A stretch of DNA of 64,000 nucleotides, taken from the NCBI GenBank assembly GCA_965657355.1, contig CBFHOE010000004.1:164186-228185 (forward strand), read 5' to 3'. Source of the DNA: Limisphaerales bacterium. Its GTDB lineage: Bacteria > Verrucomicrobiota > Verrucomicrobiia > Limisphaerales > JAJOIW01. Made by a program: the position numbers and the translations under genes. The notes under the pieces were generated by a model that was not told the DNA's origin, searched no databases, and saw only the letters and a program-made list of their open reading frames with translations. This document shows positions 1 to 10,634 of the stretch, in pieces. Numbering within the stretch: the first letter of the stretch is position 1; every line of letters starts with the position of its first letter.

Positions 1-1378
1 CATTGATAGAATCCTGATTCAAGGGAACACTAGAACTAAGGATAAAGTCATCCGACGCGAGTTGGCCGTAAACCCAGGTGAAGTCTATGACAACCTTCGA
101 GTCGAGGTGAGCAAGAAAAGAATTGAGCGGCTCAATTTATTTGCAGCTGTGGAAGTCGAGCCATTAGAGACGGACGTGCCAAACCGCAGGGATCTTTCTC
201 TGACCGTCACTGAAAAAAGTACTGCCAAACTTCAGTTTGGTGCCGGATTCTCCACAGTCGACAACATTATCGGATTTGTTGAATTCAGCGAGTCCAACTT
301 TGACATTGGTAAATGGTCTTACCCTAAGTTCCAAGGTGCTGGTCAAAAACTGAGGATGAGGGCGCAAATGGGTGCTCGAAGGCAGGATTACACCATCCGA
401 TTTATTGAGCCTTGGTTTTTGGATAAGAAGCTTCAATTGGGAGTTGATCTCTTTCATAGAGATCTGAATTTTAACAGTGATGACTACAGCGAATCGAGGA
501 CAGGTGGAAAAGTCACCCTCACCAAGCCAATTCTTGAAAACTGGGTATCCGGGTTGAGGGGGTCGCTCGGGTATGGGATCGAGCGGGTTAAATTGAACTT
601 CGACACAGCCGGTATCTCCCGCGCAGAATCTGTCGCGATTCAGAACAAGTTGGAAAACAACATCCCACTAACACCTGCTGAGCAGGCGGCTATTGATACC
701 GGCCGGCAATCCTTGATTTCTCCCGATTTGGTTGCCGAGGAAACTGGTACAAGATGGGTGTCTAAAGGTTTGGCTGGCATTGCCTACGATACTCGCCGAG
801 GTGACCCACTTTTCCCTTCCAGTGGCACCCTAACAAAGCTTGATGCGACTCTCACAGGAGGTCCCCTTGGCTTTGACACAGACTATTATAGTTTAGAAGC
901 AAAATCTCGATGGTATTTTCCTGGAGCCTTTAGAGGGCATACCATCCAAGTCAAAGGCGATCTTGGGGTCATGGATGCGTTCGGGGATTCCGACCAGGTC
1001 CCACTATTTGACCGCTACTTTCTCGGTGGTGCCTACAATTTGAGAGGCTATGATTTCAGGGAAGTCGGCCCAAGAGATACTTTTTTGAATGGGGAGCCGC
1101 TCGGTGGAAATACCTATTGGCTGGGAACCGTTGAATATATCATTCCTTTGATTGAGCAACTCAAATTCGCGGTTTTCTACGATATAGGAAACGTATATCC
1201 CGACGCTTATGCCTTTAACCAATTTAGCGAATTTAGTGATGACTGGGGCGTTGGGTTAAGATTGCAGACACCTTTAGGACCACTGAAACTTGATTATGCC
1301 ATTCCCATTGGAGATAATGATGGATATGGCAGGGATGACGGTGTCGTCCAATTCGGGATCACTGTGAGAGAATTTTGA
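1..1378 (+). CDS. bamA: Outer membrane protein assembly factor BamA, 5'-truncated by the window edge
   Basis: Frame is open from position 2 (IDRILIQGNTRTKDKVIRRE, last POTRA domain). Contains the LRGY motif (VRGF/Y-type), GVGLRLQTPLGPLKLDYA and a C-terminal Phe. Followed by skp. Confidence 0.95.
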   Translation, partial: IDRILIQGNTRTKDKVIRRELAVNPGEVYDNLRVEVSKKRIERLNLFAAVEVEPLETDVPNRRDLSLTVTEKSTAKLQFGAGFSTVDNIIGFVEFSESNFDIGKWSYPKFQGAGQKLRMRAQMGARRQDYTIRFIEPWFLDKKLQLGVDLFHRDLNFNSDDYSESRTGGKVTLTKPILENWVSGLRGSLGYGIERVKLNFDTAGISRAESVAIQNKLENNIPLTPAEQAAIDTGRQSLISPDLVAEETGTRWVSKGLAGIAYDTRRGDPLFPSSGTLTKLDATLTGGPLGFDTDYYSLEAKSRWYFPGAFRGHTIQVKGDLGVMDAFGDSDQVPLFDRYFLGGAYNLRGYDFREVGPRDTFLNGEPLGGNTYWLGTVEYIIPLIEQLKFAVFYDIGNVYPDAYAFNQFSEFSDDWGVGLRLQTPLGPLKLDYAIPIGDNDGYGRDDGVVQFGITVREF

Positions 1379-1415
1379 TCGAAATCTGCCACAAATCATT
1401 TAGTCTATAAAAACA

Positions 1416-2024
1416 ATGAAGTTATCAGCACTAGTATTCACATTTGTCATTTGTCTCTTTTCGGCAACATCGGTTTCTGCTCAGCAAAATATTGCTGTTG
1501 TGGATTTGCAAAAGGTTTTTGATGGTTATTACAAAACTAAAGAAGCAGACAAAGAGTTAAAAGCACAGGGCCAGGAACTGGACCGCACTCTCAAAGAAAT
1601 GCTTGAAAACCACAAAGCGAAGCTAGCTGAGGTTGAAAGTTCAAGGCAAAACGCCACAAACCCAGCTCTCAGCCAGGTCGAAAGAGAACGCTTAGCTAAG
1701 GAATCTGACTCAAAACTTAACGACCTTCGAGTTCTTGAAGGAAATATTCAAAAATTTGATCAAACATCCAAATCACGTCTTGCACAAATGCAGCTCGATT
1801 ACAGACAGAAAATAATCAAAGAGCTTAGCGAGGTCATTAAAACCATAGCGCTGCAAAAAGGGTTCGATATGGTTATCGATTCTGCGGCTAAGAGTAAAAA
1901 TGACACTCCCATTGTTCTCTTCTCCAACGGGAAAACTGACATCACAGACGAGACCATCAAGGAGGCTAACAAATCTAAAAACGCTAGCTTAGCACCCACA
2001 GGTTTGTCGCCATTAGGTCAATAG
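1416..2024 (+). CDS. skp: OmpH/Skp periplasmic chaperone
   Basis: Signal peptide, IAVVDLQKVF start, long coiled coil and DITDETIK end. Lies directly after bamA. Confidence 0.9.
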   Translation: MKLSALVFTFVICLFSATSVSAQQNIAVVDLQKVFDGYYKTKEADKELKAQGQELDRTLKEMLENHKAKLAEVESSRQNATNPALSQVERERLAKESDSKLNDLRVLEGNIQKFDQTSKSRLAQMQLDYRQKIIKELSEVIKTIALQKGFDMVIDSAAKSKNDTPIVLFSNGKTDITDETIKEANKSKNASLAPTGLSPLGQ

Positions 2025-2120
2025 TAGCTTTCCTCATTTGATTCTTTGGCGCAGATGGGATCGTTTCCTCATCTGCGTTTGTTTTATTTTAGAAAAGGAG
2101 AAAATACATTTACCTTAAAT

Positions 2121-3473
2121 ATGCCAAGTGTGTTTATAAAGACATATGGTTGTCAGATGAATGAGAGGGATTCTGAAGCTGTGGCGTCGCAGCTTGTTGA
2201 CAACGGTTATGAATTAGCTCTCTCTGAACGTTCAGCCGATGTCATTCTATTGAATACATGCAGCGTAAGAGACATGGCTGAACAAAAGGCCATTGGAAAG
2301 ATGCAAAACCTTGTCGCTGAGTCCAAAAGAAATAAACCTCAGCAGATTATGGGGTTCTTGGGATGCATGGCTCAAAGCCGAGGTGAAGAGTTAGTCAAAA
2401 ATATTCCTGGCGTAAAACTCGTCCTCGGGACTCAAAAGTTTCACCGAGCCCCTGAGTATCTCGATCAAATTTTCTCGGGAGCATCCAAATCTATCGTTGA
2501 TATAGAAGAAGAAAAAGGTAGCGAATCCACTATCAGAGAGCACCTCCCAGCGACACCGGGAACCAAACAAGCTGTTTCTACCTTTGTGTCAATCATGCAA
2601 GGTTGTAATCAACATTGTTCCTTTTGCATCGTACCTTTTACCCGCGGACATGAAAGGTGCCGACCTATTGATGAAATTGTGGATGAGTGCCGGAACCTCG
2701 TCGCTCGCGGAGTCAAAGAGGTCACTCTTTTAGGGCAAATTGTCAATTCTTATGGCAAACGAGATATTCCTTTGAAGGATGGGAAATCTGGATTCGTTCA
2801 ATTGCTCGAGGCTGTTAACGAGATCAAAGGATTGGATAGGATTCGTTTTACCTCCCCGCACCCAAAAGGATACGGAATGGATTTGGTAGAAGCCTACGCG
2901 CGGTTGCCCAAATTATGTGAAAGTGCTCACATACCTCTGCAGAGCGGCTCTAACCGATTGTTAAAGCTCATGAGGCGTCAATACACAAGAGAAAGATTCA
3001 TGGAACTTGTGGCCCAATTGAGGTCTGTGACTCCAAATATTGGCTTGTCGACCGACATAATTGTTGGATTCCCGGGTGAGACAGAGGAGGATTTTCTTCA
3101 AACAGTTGATATCGTCAAAGAAGTAGAATTTGATCAAGCCTACATCTTTCGTTACAGCAAAAGAAAGAATACTCCCGCATCCGAAATGGCAAATCAACTT
3201 TCCGAATCAATCAAAGAGGAGAGAAATCAGCATCTTCTGAAAGTCATGAATGAAATTGGAGAGAAGAGATTCAATACTTTTATCGGGAAGTCTGTTGAGG
3301 TTTTAGTGACTGGACCCAGCCGCAAAAATTCGGCTAGGCTAGAAGGGAGAACCAGGTGCCATAAAATAGTTGTCTTTGAAGGGAATCAAAGACTTATCGG
3401 TCAAACGATACCAATTCAGATTCAAAGGGTTGGATCATTCACCTTATACGGAGACCCTGTCATACATAACTGA
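2121..3473 (+). CDS. miaB: tRNA-2-methylthio-N6-dimethylallyladenosine synthase MiaB
   Basis: TYGCQMN and NTCSVR N-terminal motifs, radical SAM CxxxCxxC (CNQHCSFC), FTSPHP, TDIIVGFPGETEEDF and a TRAM domain. ATG at 2121 preferred over TTG at 2046. Confidence 0.95.
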   Translation: MPSVFIKTYGCQMNERDSEAVASQLVDNGYELALSERSADVILLNTCSVRDMAEQKAIGKMQNLVAESKRNKPQQIMGFLGCMAQSRGEELVKNIPGVKLVLGTQKFHRAPEYLDQIFSGASKSIVDIEEEKGSESTIREHLPATPGTKQAVSTFVSIMQGCNQHCSFCIVPFTRGHERCRPIDEIVDECRNLVARGVKEVTLLGQIVNSYGKRDIPLKDGKSGFVQLLEAVNEIKGLDRIRFTSPHPKGYGMDLVEAYARLPKLCESAHIPLQSGSNRLLKLMRRQYTRERFMELVAQLRSVTPNIGLSTDIIVGFPGETEEDFLQTVDIVKEVEFDQAYIFRYSKRKNTPASEMANQLSESIKEERNQHLLKVMNEIGEKRFNTFIGKSVEVLVTGPSRKNSARLEGRTRCHKIVVFEGNQRLIGQTIPIQIQRVGSFTLYGDPVIHN

Positions 3474-3488
3474 ATTTAAAAAATATTC

Positions 3489-4037
3489 ATGAACTTTTCA
3501 CAAATAACAATCGTTCTTGGTTTGATAGCTTTAGCGGCATCCATTTATGGACTCTTGAATCAAGAAAAATTTAAACAATGGGCATTATCTTTCCCTAGAT
3601 CCAATGTCTGGGGGTATTTTTTTATGGGCGTTTCTACTGGCTGGTTCCTTTACAATTTTAGCTCAGAAAATATTGCAGACTTTGAAAGAATAAAGAATCT
3701 AATGCTTCTATTATTTCTCGCTGTCGGAGTAGGAGCTATGCTTTGGGTCAAAGATTATTTGGCTGTGCGCGGGTTTTCTGTTTTTATCATTCTTTTGGCA
3801 CACACAATAGTAGAGCTTTCGCGCGAGGTTCCCACGCAATGGAGATTGGTCATGGTTGCCATCTCTTACGCCTACGTCCTATTCGGAATCATTTGTACGA
3901 TTAAGCCATATTTGATGAGAGATCTTATTCATTGGGCTACAAATTCGTCGTCTCGCCTCAAGATTCTTCTCATTATACGCGGTGCGATAGGAGTTCTCCT
4001 TTTCATCCTTGGACTGACTCAATTTAAAGGTTATTGA
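3489..4037 (+). CDS. Hypothetical integral membrane protein (about 6 TM)
   Basis: 182 aa with several hydrophobic helices, co-oriented in the operon. No recognisable motif. Confidence 0.8.
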   Translation: MNFSQITIVLGLIALAASIYGLLNQEKFKQWALSFPRSNVWGYFFMGVSTGWFLYNFSSENIADFERIKNLMLLLFLAVGVGAMLWVKDYLAVRGFSVFIILLAHTIVELSREVPTQWRLVMVAISYAYVLFGIICTIKPYLMRDLIHWATNSSSRLKILLIIRGAIGVLLFILGLTQFKGY

Positions 4038-4083
4038 AGTTGGCACCTCAGGGATCACGCTGCATTTTGTGTAAGGAAATCCT

Positions 4084-5037
4084 ATGGCGAACAAAAATAA
4101 GATTTTGGTAATCCGGGGTGGAGCTATTGGCGATTTCATCCTGACACTGCCCGTTTTCTCAGCGCTCAAAGAACAATTTCCAAAATCCCAGATTGATGTT
4201 TTAGGTTATGCCCATATCGCAGAATTGGCGCTTCTATCTGGACATGTCGACCAAGTGCACTCTATCGAGGCACGGGGACTCGCTGGTTATTTCGCAAAAA
4301 ATGGAGACTTGGATAAGAAATTAAAAGATTTGTTCAATACTTATGGGCTAATCATTTCTTACCTTTACGATCCACAGGAAATTTTCAAAACAAACGTTGC
4401 AAAAATCTCTGATGCTCAATTTATTATTGGACCTCACCGTCCTGATGACTCTGGGCATGTCCACGCTACTGAGGTTTTCCTGGACCCGCTTAAGGCATTG
4501 GCTATTTTTGAACCAGATATACGCCCTAAAATTTCTGGTGATTTACTTCCTGTTGCTCCAATAGAAATCAAGAAAACGGATCGCCAATTTTTACTCGCTA
4601 TTCATCCAGGAAGTGGTAGCGAAAAAAAGAATTGGCCTGAAGAAAATTGGGTGACTTTAATAAAAAATCTTATTGCAGAAACTGATATCAAATTTCTGCT
4701 TGTTGGAGGAGAATCCGAAAGGGAAAGGTACATTAATATTTCTCGAATTATTCCAAGTGATAGAAAATATGAAAGTTATTCTTTACCTCTTAGCGAGCTG
4801 GCTAGCTGCTTGAGTAAGGCTGACGGATTTCTCGGACACGACAGTGGGTTATCCCATCTGGCCGCCGCAGTTGGGATTGAAGGAATCGTCCTCTGGCCTC
4901 ATACGAACCCTCGGGTTTGGGCCCCGAGGTCGGAAAAGATGAGGCTCGTTTATAATGAAAGCGGTATCGCCTATATCACGGTAATGGAAGTCTTTGACAG
5001 AATTTTAAAATTCTTTATCAACAAACAAAATTCTTAA
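4084..5037 (+). CDS. Glycosyltransferase family 9 (ADP-heptose:LPS heptosyltransferase-like)
   Basis: ILVIRGGAIGDFIL, IHPGSGSEKKNWP and GHDSGLSHLAAAVG are GT9 motifs. Confidence 0.9.
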   Translation: MANKNKILVIRGGAIGDFILTLPVFSALKEQFPKSQIDVLGYAHIAELALLSGHVDQVHSIEARGLAGYFAKNGDLDKKLKDLFNTYGLIISYLYDPQEIFKTNVAKISDAQFIIGPHRPDDSGHVHATEVFLDPLKALAIFEPDIRPKISGDLLPVAPIEIKKTDRQFLLAIHPGSGSEKKNWPEENWVTLIKNLIAETDIKFLLVGGESERERYINISRIIPSDRKYESYSLPLSELASCLSKADGFLGHDSGLSHLAAAVGIEGIVLWPHTNPRVWAPRSEKMRLVYNESGIAYITVMEVFDRILKFFINKQNS

Positions 5038-5038
5038 A

Positions 5039-5923
5039 ATGAAAGAACATACATCAGAGTTATTTTTTGACTCCAAATCCATCCTTTCTGAAGGTCCTGG
5101 ATACCACCCTGAAAAGAATAAAATTCTGTGGGTGGATATTGAAGCAGGAATTATTAACGAGTTGGATTTCGACACTAAAATAAACAAGCAAATACTTTTG
5201 GGCGGGAAAGTAGGTTTTGCCGTTTATGACGCAAACAGCTCTATTGTGGCCGGTGCTCAAAATGGATTTATCCGAGTGGATCCGCAAACAGGCGGTCTAA
5301 CCAATATTGGCAATCCTGAAGAAAGTTTTAAGGATAATCGCTTCAATGATGGTAAAGCTGGCCCCGACGGAAATATTTGGGCAGGAACGATGAGCGTTCA
5401 TGAAACACCCAAAGCAGGTTCATTTTATAAACTAGATTCGCCAAATTTGGATATCCAAAAACAATTCGGGAATGTGACCATTTCAAATGGCCTGGCATGG
5501 GATCTCGAGGCGAATATCTTTTACTACATTGATACGCCCACTATGTCTATAGACGCCTTTGACTTTGATTTAGATAATAGCCAAATTTCTAACCGGAGAA
5601 CAGTTGTGAAAATACCTGATGGAGTGGGCTATCCGGATGGAATGACAATAGATGATGAGGGCAATTTATGGGTTGCCATGTGGGCCGGTTGGGGCGTGCT
5701 GAAATTTAATCCCAAAACTGGCCATTTAGTGGAAAAAGTTTCCGTCCCGGTCGAATGTGTGTCAGCTTGTTGCTTTGCAGGCCCAGAGCGAGATGCATTG
5801 GTGATAACGAGCTCCAGTCGCGATCTTAAACCGGGCCAGGAACTAGAGCAACCCCACGCAGGTTCACTCTTCGTCGCTTACCCAGGAGCTAAAGGACCAT
5901 CAGCTAATATTTTTGCCGGTTGA
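5039..5923 (+). CDS. SMP-30/gluconolactonase/LRE family sugar lactonase
   Basis: LSEGP, RFNDGK, ISNGLAW and PDGMTID motifs. Confidence 0.92.
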   Translation: MKEHTSELFFDSKSILSEGPGYHPEKNKILWVDIEAGIINELDFDTKINKQILLGGKVGFAVYDANSSIVAGAQNGFIRVDPQTGGLTNIGNPEESFKDNRFNDGKAGPDGNIWAGTMSVHETPKAGSFYKLDSPNLDIQKQFGNVTISNGLAWDLEANIFYYIDTPTMSIDAFDFDLDNSQISNRRTVVKIPDGVGYPDGMTIDDEGNLWVAMWAGWGVLKFNPKTGHLVEKVSVPVECVSACCFAGPERDALVITSSSRDLKPGQELEQPHAGSLFVAYPGAKGPSANIFAG

Positions 5924-5941
5924 GTTTGAGTCTCAAAACTC
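5922..5941. terminator. Weak hairpin between convergent genes, possible terminator
   Basis: GAGTTTGAG-T-CTCAAAACTC imperfect inverted repeat between the convergent stops at 5923 and 5954. Confidence 0.3.
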
Positions 5942-5953
5942 CAAGGCTAAGTA

Positions 5954-8900
5954 TTAAAAAATCCTAACCCTGTAGAATCGACTATCTCCCTCAGGTAGTG
6001 GAGATGTATTATCTTGGAATAGGATTTGATTTTCTGTGCTGCTCGCTTCGATAGTTCTTAAAACTTTCCATTCTCCAGATGTGAGCGACTCTCTGGCCTC
6101 AATTTGATATTGAGTGTCGGGGAGAGCTTTGAATTCCAGTTCAAATATCCCGTTTGTGTTGAGGCGTCCTGCAACCCTTGGGACTCCTTTCTTATAATAA
6201 CCCGGACTAGGGATTTTTCCCTTCCAATTTGTAGGTTCCGTCCCGATTTTGCCGCCAGATAGGCGATGCATAGAAAGCCCATTATCAGAAAGTCCAATCG
6301 GCCATGGTTCTTCGCTGCGGTATGTGACTTCGTCCACAATATAATATGGCACAGCATTGGCCTCCGACGAATGATTCGGCTGGGGATCCTCGGCCGCCTT
6401 CACGACGATTTTATCTCCTGCATTATTCAACTGCCCCTTGAATGGTCCTAAAACACTTATTGAATTTGGTATGTTGAAAATTGTTCTGAATGAATCGAGT
6501 TTTGACTGGTTTGCGGTAGGATCGAATTTCACAAGTAGCAAACTCTCACCCGGGTCAATCCATAAATCTTTTGGAAAGTCGAAATCAATGCCACCTCGAA
6601 CCCTCCAGGTTAATTCGGGGAAATTAACATTGTAGAGAGCGACTCTGTCGTTGGAAAAATTCGTGAGCTCAACAAATTCATCTTCTGTGTTTGCAGAGTC
6701 ATCGTTTGTTGGAGGGGTATACATGATTTCAGAAATAATCACAGGGCCAATTCGTGGCGCCGCTTCTATTTCACCAAATGTCATTTTATTTAATGGATGA
6801 TAAATTACCGATCCCTCTGAGTTGACAAAGCGGCCGAATGATTCCCCAGATTTAGATCCAGGAAAATTTTTTCCATTAGCATACCCAGTAAGAATAGAAT
6901 TCTCATCTTGGCTAAAAATGAATATCTCATCACCGGTTGCGTTTAATGAAAATGGTTCCAATGTTTCGTCTGAGTTTGTTGGGTTAAATTGGTTTTCACT
7001 TATAACGTATAGTTCCCCTGAACCTAAAATTGTATCTTCTGGGATTCGGAATTTATTAGGTCTTCTTAAGTCATCCGAGACGACCCACCCACCAATATCA
7101 ATGGCGACCTCATCCGCATTAATGATTTCAATCATATCCATGAGTGGTGGGTCTGAATGAAGGAGGACTTCATTGATCACGATATTGGGACTCGCCTCTG
7201 GCGGGCCGTTATCAATTCCAGGGCTACCGTAAATAGAACCACTGGATGACCAGTAATCAATGTCAATCGGCTCTGCATTATCTGGATTAGTATTGACCAA
7301 TGAGAAGCCTAGACCATCAGTGAGTGGATACCATCTATCGTCATATTCAGCGACCAAAACTACGCTCTGATCCGATTTATTTACGGCTTCCAGCTTTTCC
7401 CCCCCATTTGAAAGTGATTTTAAATATTCCCCGGCGACCGAGGGCTCAAGATTATTTCCGTAACGCAAGAGAAACGCCTGTTTATTTTTTACTAAAAGCA
7501 ACCTTTTCCCGGGGCCGATATATCCTGGTGAGCTGTTTGCGAAATCGAAGTCAATGCCGTCGGTGAATTTAATTTCATTTAAATCCAGGCGCTGGCCGGA
7601 TGAATTAAAAAGCTCGATAAACTCGAAATCATTATCCTGGATATTCGGCATCTCACTGATCTCACTTTCAGAGGGCTGTGAGGGGTGATAATTAATCTCT
7701 GTGATAATTATCTCGCCAAAAGTTGGAGGCCTATCAACTGATAGTCGAATATCGGTTATGCCCGACCAATTACTTGAAACAGGTGGGTTGTTTGAACCTG
7801 TTAAATTTTTATGAGTGGTTTTGAATACTCTCGTCCTAATTTTAACTGTTTCATTCACTGTTATCGGAGCGGTGTATCTTATAGCTGCTCCTGCGACACT
7901 TCCTCCAATTTTTCTGGGATCGCTGCCATCAGTTGTATAATATATTGATCCGCCTTCTTCAGAACTTAGCTTGATTTGGGTGCCGGCAGTGACTGTTCCC
8001 GACTCTATGTTTGATTGGGGACGGGCAAGAAATTGACTGTTGATAAATGAAATCCGATTAGCATACCAGGACTTTAATGTTCGAATTTCGCTATTGTAGG
8101 TTCCCCTGAATCTTCCCCACCGTGATTCGTTACGAATTGCTGCACCCCGCAATTGACCTGCCATCGAATCAATGACTTTTGTAATATTAGTAAGGCTCAA
8201 TTCTCCATCATTCAAAACCTGCCACCTGTCAATATAAGCTTGCCAGAATTCAAGATCTCGAAAGAGGTCTCTCCACCATGGATAATTAAAAAAATCAGTG
8301 CCCCTGTCACCTCTGTTAGACCTCCACCTAAATGGGTCATCATCACGACTATCCGTTGAACCCATCGACCTATCAAAATCCCAGATAGGACCGAATTTAA
8401 GTTTTCCTCCTCTGGGAAGGGACATATAGGTACTTAATCTGAGGGCATCTACGTTAAAAGCTAATACGTTGAGAAGGTGGTGGTCTATCCAGGCCTCCAC
8501 ATCGATATATTCATGATATTTGGGTACGGGGCGATTTCGGTTAGTGGTCGAACGGACCATCTCATTGAAAAAATTTCTGACCCATGTGCGCTTTGAGGCA
8601 TTTTCGGGCTTCTCCATTTCAATTTCTTTAGGTTCGACATACAAAACTCTTTGGCCAGGTGCCGAAAATCCTGAATCTCCTGGATCAGTCCGGTCTATCT
8701 TGAAAATGTAGCCCCCAGAGATTTCCGGCTCAGATTTGTGCTCTGGAAATAACTTTTCAATATCTACCCGATCATCATCTCGGCTTATCTTCTCCATAAG
8801 AGCATAGACTCCGAAATAATCCGACATCTCCAAATTATCACGGTCTTGATTTATAAATACTTCGACAAAGCGTGTTCTCACGGCGTAAGAACCAATCTGA

Positions 8901-10552
8901 TTGCTCAATTCATAAATTAGTGGATTACGTATGAGCGAAGGATCAAAATTAAATGGTCCCCACAGTATCCAATCACTCTCGGATGGCATACCCAAAAGGC
9001 TGGCTGACTTATCTTTTTCATTTTCACCCCAGAGTTCCAGACTAAATGATGGTTTAGGTCGCCCAGCGGTGCTCGATCCTCTTACTCGGATTCCAGCGTT
9101 TGATGTATATTGTGGTGTGCTTGTAAGTTTTGTTTTGCCTGTTGCATCGGGCTCAAAAATTGAAAACGATGTCTTTAGCCATCCTGATTGGGGAAACGGA
9201 TGGCGGCTCCCGAAAGTATCTAAATAAATGAGGGGGATGTCAGAGGAAAAGGATCTTACATCATTACTCAATTTTATAAATGTATGAGTAATGACAGGCC
9301 CTATAGCATCATCTTTAAATGATCTTGCCCGTATAGTGGTTGAGCCAGTCACCCTAATAGGTGAATTATATAGGGTGGAGCTCTCATTGGGAATTGATCC
9401 ATCCGTCGTGTATCTCATTGCGAATCCAACATCAGATTTAAGCTGCAGAGAAAAGTTTGAAATAAACGTTCCGCTCAGCTTGGAGAAAGTGACTTCCGGA
9501 CCCAGGTTTTGAACGGTATTTCCATTACTTTCTCTAGGAGAAGGAAAATAAGAATAGCCATAGTTTCTCGAAGTGTCTCCTCCTGCGTACCCAATGATTT
9601 TTGGTCGTATGAGAAGATCGGAGCTTGTTACCAAATTGTTTAAACCATGGATCGCTAAAATATTTTTACCCTCTTGCAGTTTGTCTTGGGAACTGGTGAT
9701 CACTATTTGTTCATCAACGATAGCAATATTATCTGGACGGTTTGTGGGTGCCCCTGAGTTCCATCGCAGCGGGGTAGGGGCATTCCGAGAAACTAAAAGC
9801 TGGCCATTTAAATATGCCACCATGCCATCTTCATATTGGATAGATAGAATCAATCTTTCGAAGCTTGGTATATTATCTACATTGAAAGGAATTCTTATGT
9901 AGACGGATTCATTTTGGTTTCTCATTTGTCTCACATCCAGACCGATTCGGCCAGGGTAATCATAGCCTACTCCTGTCCTTCCAGATTTCCATGATGTGTC
10001 ATCAAAATCGAGCTTCGTCCAGTCCAGGGACAAGTTTCCGTCGGTTGGTATGAGAGCCTTTGCGGGGCTGTTGTCTTTGAGTAGGATGATTTCATCTCCC
10101 GGTGACTCATTTCGTGCAAAGGATATATCTGGCTTTTGGGGTGGGTAAGCTGGCGAGAATTCCGTTGCAATCTCTCCGTTTGGTTGAACAAGCGCCAGAT
10201 ATTCACCCTCTGAACTAAGTCGGAAATTCGTATGTAGTGGTTGGTTTGGAAATTTTCTATCCCGGCCGGATGCATAAATAAGCATTCTCTGACCCGAAGA
10301 TATGATGAAGCTTGGAAATTGCCAGGTTACCCTTGGAAAGTCTCCACTCTCTAATTTCCAATTCCTCAGATTTACATTTTTTGTTGATTGATTATATATT
10401 TCAATCCAGTCAGATCGATTGCCTTGATCGTCTTTAGGAAGGGATTCATTAGTTGCTAAAATCTCTGAGATAATGACATCCTGAGCAGAACTCCGCACCA
10501 CTGACATTACAACAATAGATAGAGCTAAGTATAAAAGAGACCTTAAGGGCAT
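5954..10552 (-). CDS. Large secreted protein with lamin-tail domains, FN3-associated/chitobiase-like domains and a CotH kinase domain
   Basis: Signal peptide. Repeated VIISEI...DWIEI/EFIEL lamin-tail motifs. YTTDGSxP twice. CotH core RVRGSST, FVEVFIN, YFGVYALMEKI and GPIWDFD. Ends in RFYRVRIF. Confidence 0.88.
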   Translation of the reverse strand: MPLRSLLYLALSIVVMSVVRSSAQDVIISEILATNESLPKDDQGNRSDWIEIYNQSTKNVNLRNWKLESGDFPRVTWQFPSFIISSGQRMLIYASGRDRKFPNQPLHTNFRLSSEGEYLALVQPNGEIATEFSPAYPPQKPDISFARNESPGDEIILLKDNSPAKALIPTDGNLSLDWTKLDFDDTSWKSGRTGVGYDYPGRIGLDVRQMRNQNESVYIRIPFNVDNIPSFERLILSIQYEDGMVAYLNGQLLVSRNAPTPLRWNSGAPTNRPDNIAIVDEQIVITSSQDKLQEGKNILAIHGLNNLVTSSDLLIRPKIIGYAGGDTSRNYGYSYFPSPRESNGNTVQNLGPEVTFSKLSGTFISNFSLQLKSDVGFAMRYTTDGSIPNESSTLYNSPIRVTGSTTIRARSFKDDAIGPVITHTFIKLSNDVRSFSSDIPLIYLDTFGSRHPFPQSGWLKTSFSIFEPDATGKTKLTSTPQYTSNAGIRVRGSSTAGRPKPSFSLELWGENEKDKSASLLGMPSESDWILWGPFNFDPSLIRNPLIYELSNQIGSYAVRTRFVEVFINQDRDNLEMSDYFGVYALMEKISRDDDRVDIEKLFPEHKSEPEISGGYIFKIDRTDPGDSGFSAPGQRVLYVEPKEIEMEKPENASKRTWVRNFFNEMVRSTTNRNRPVPKYHEYIDVEAWIDHHLLNVLAFNVDALRLSTYMSLPRGGKLKFGPIWDFDRSMGSTDSRDDDPFRWRSNRGDRGTDFFNYPWWRDLFRDLEFWQAYIDRWQVLNDGELSLTNITKVIDSMAGQLRGAAIRNESRWGRFRGTYNSEIRTLKSWYANRISFINSQFLARPQSNIESGTVTAGTQIKLSSEEGGSIYYTTDGSDPRKIGGSVAGAAIRYTAPITVNETVKIRTRVFKTTHKNLTGSNNPPVSSNWSGITDIRLSVDRPPTFGEIIITEINYHPSQPSESEISEMPNIQDNDFEFIELFNSSGQRLDLNEIKFTDGIDFDFANSSPGYIGPGKRLLLVKNKQAFLLRYGNNLEPSVAGEYLKSLSNGGEKLEAVNKSDQSVVLVAEYDDRWYPLTDGLGFSLVNTNPDNAEPIDIDYWSSSGSIYGSPGIDNGPPEASPNIVINEVLLHSDPPLMDMIEIINADEVAIDIGGWVVSDDLRRPNKFRIPEDTILGSGELYVISENQFNPTNSDETLEPFSLNATGDEIFIFSQDENSILTGYANGKNFPGSKSGESFGRFVNSEGSVIYHPLNKMTFGEIEAAPRIGPVIISEIMYTPPTNDDSANTEDEFVELTNFSNDRVALYNVNFPELTWRVRGGIDFDFPKDLWIDPGESLLLVKFDPTANQSKLDSFRTIFNIPNSISVLGPFKGQLNNAGDKIVVKAAEDPQPNHSSEANAVPYYIVDEVTYRSEEPWPIGLSDNGLSMHRLSGGKIGTEPTNWKGKIPSPGYYKKGVPRVAGRLNTNGIFELEFKALPDTQYQIEARESLTSGEWKVLRTIEASSTENQILFQDNTSPLPEGDSRFYRVRIF

Positions 10553-10634
10553 ACCTTAATATACGACAAGTTGTATCAAATTGCTTGAAATAATAATTTC
10601 TTCTTGAGTTAGGCTATAGTCGGAACAATGAAGA

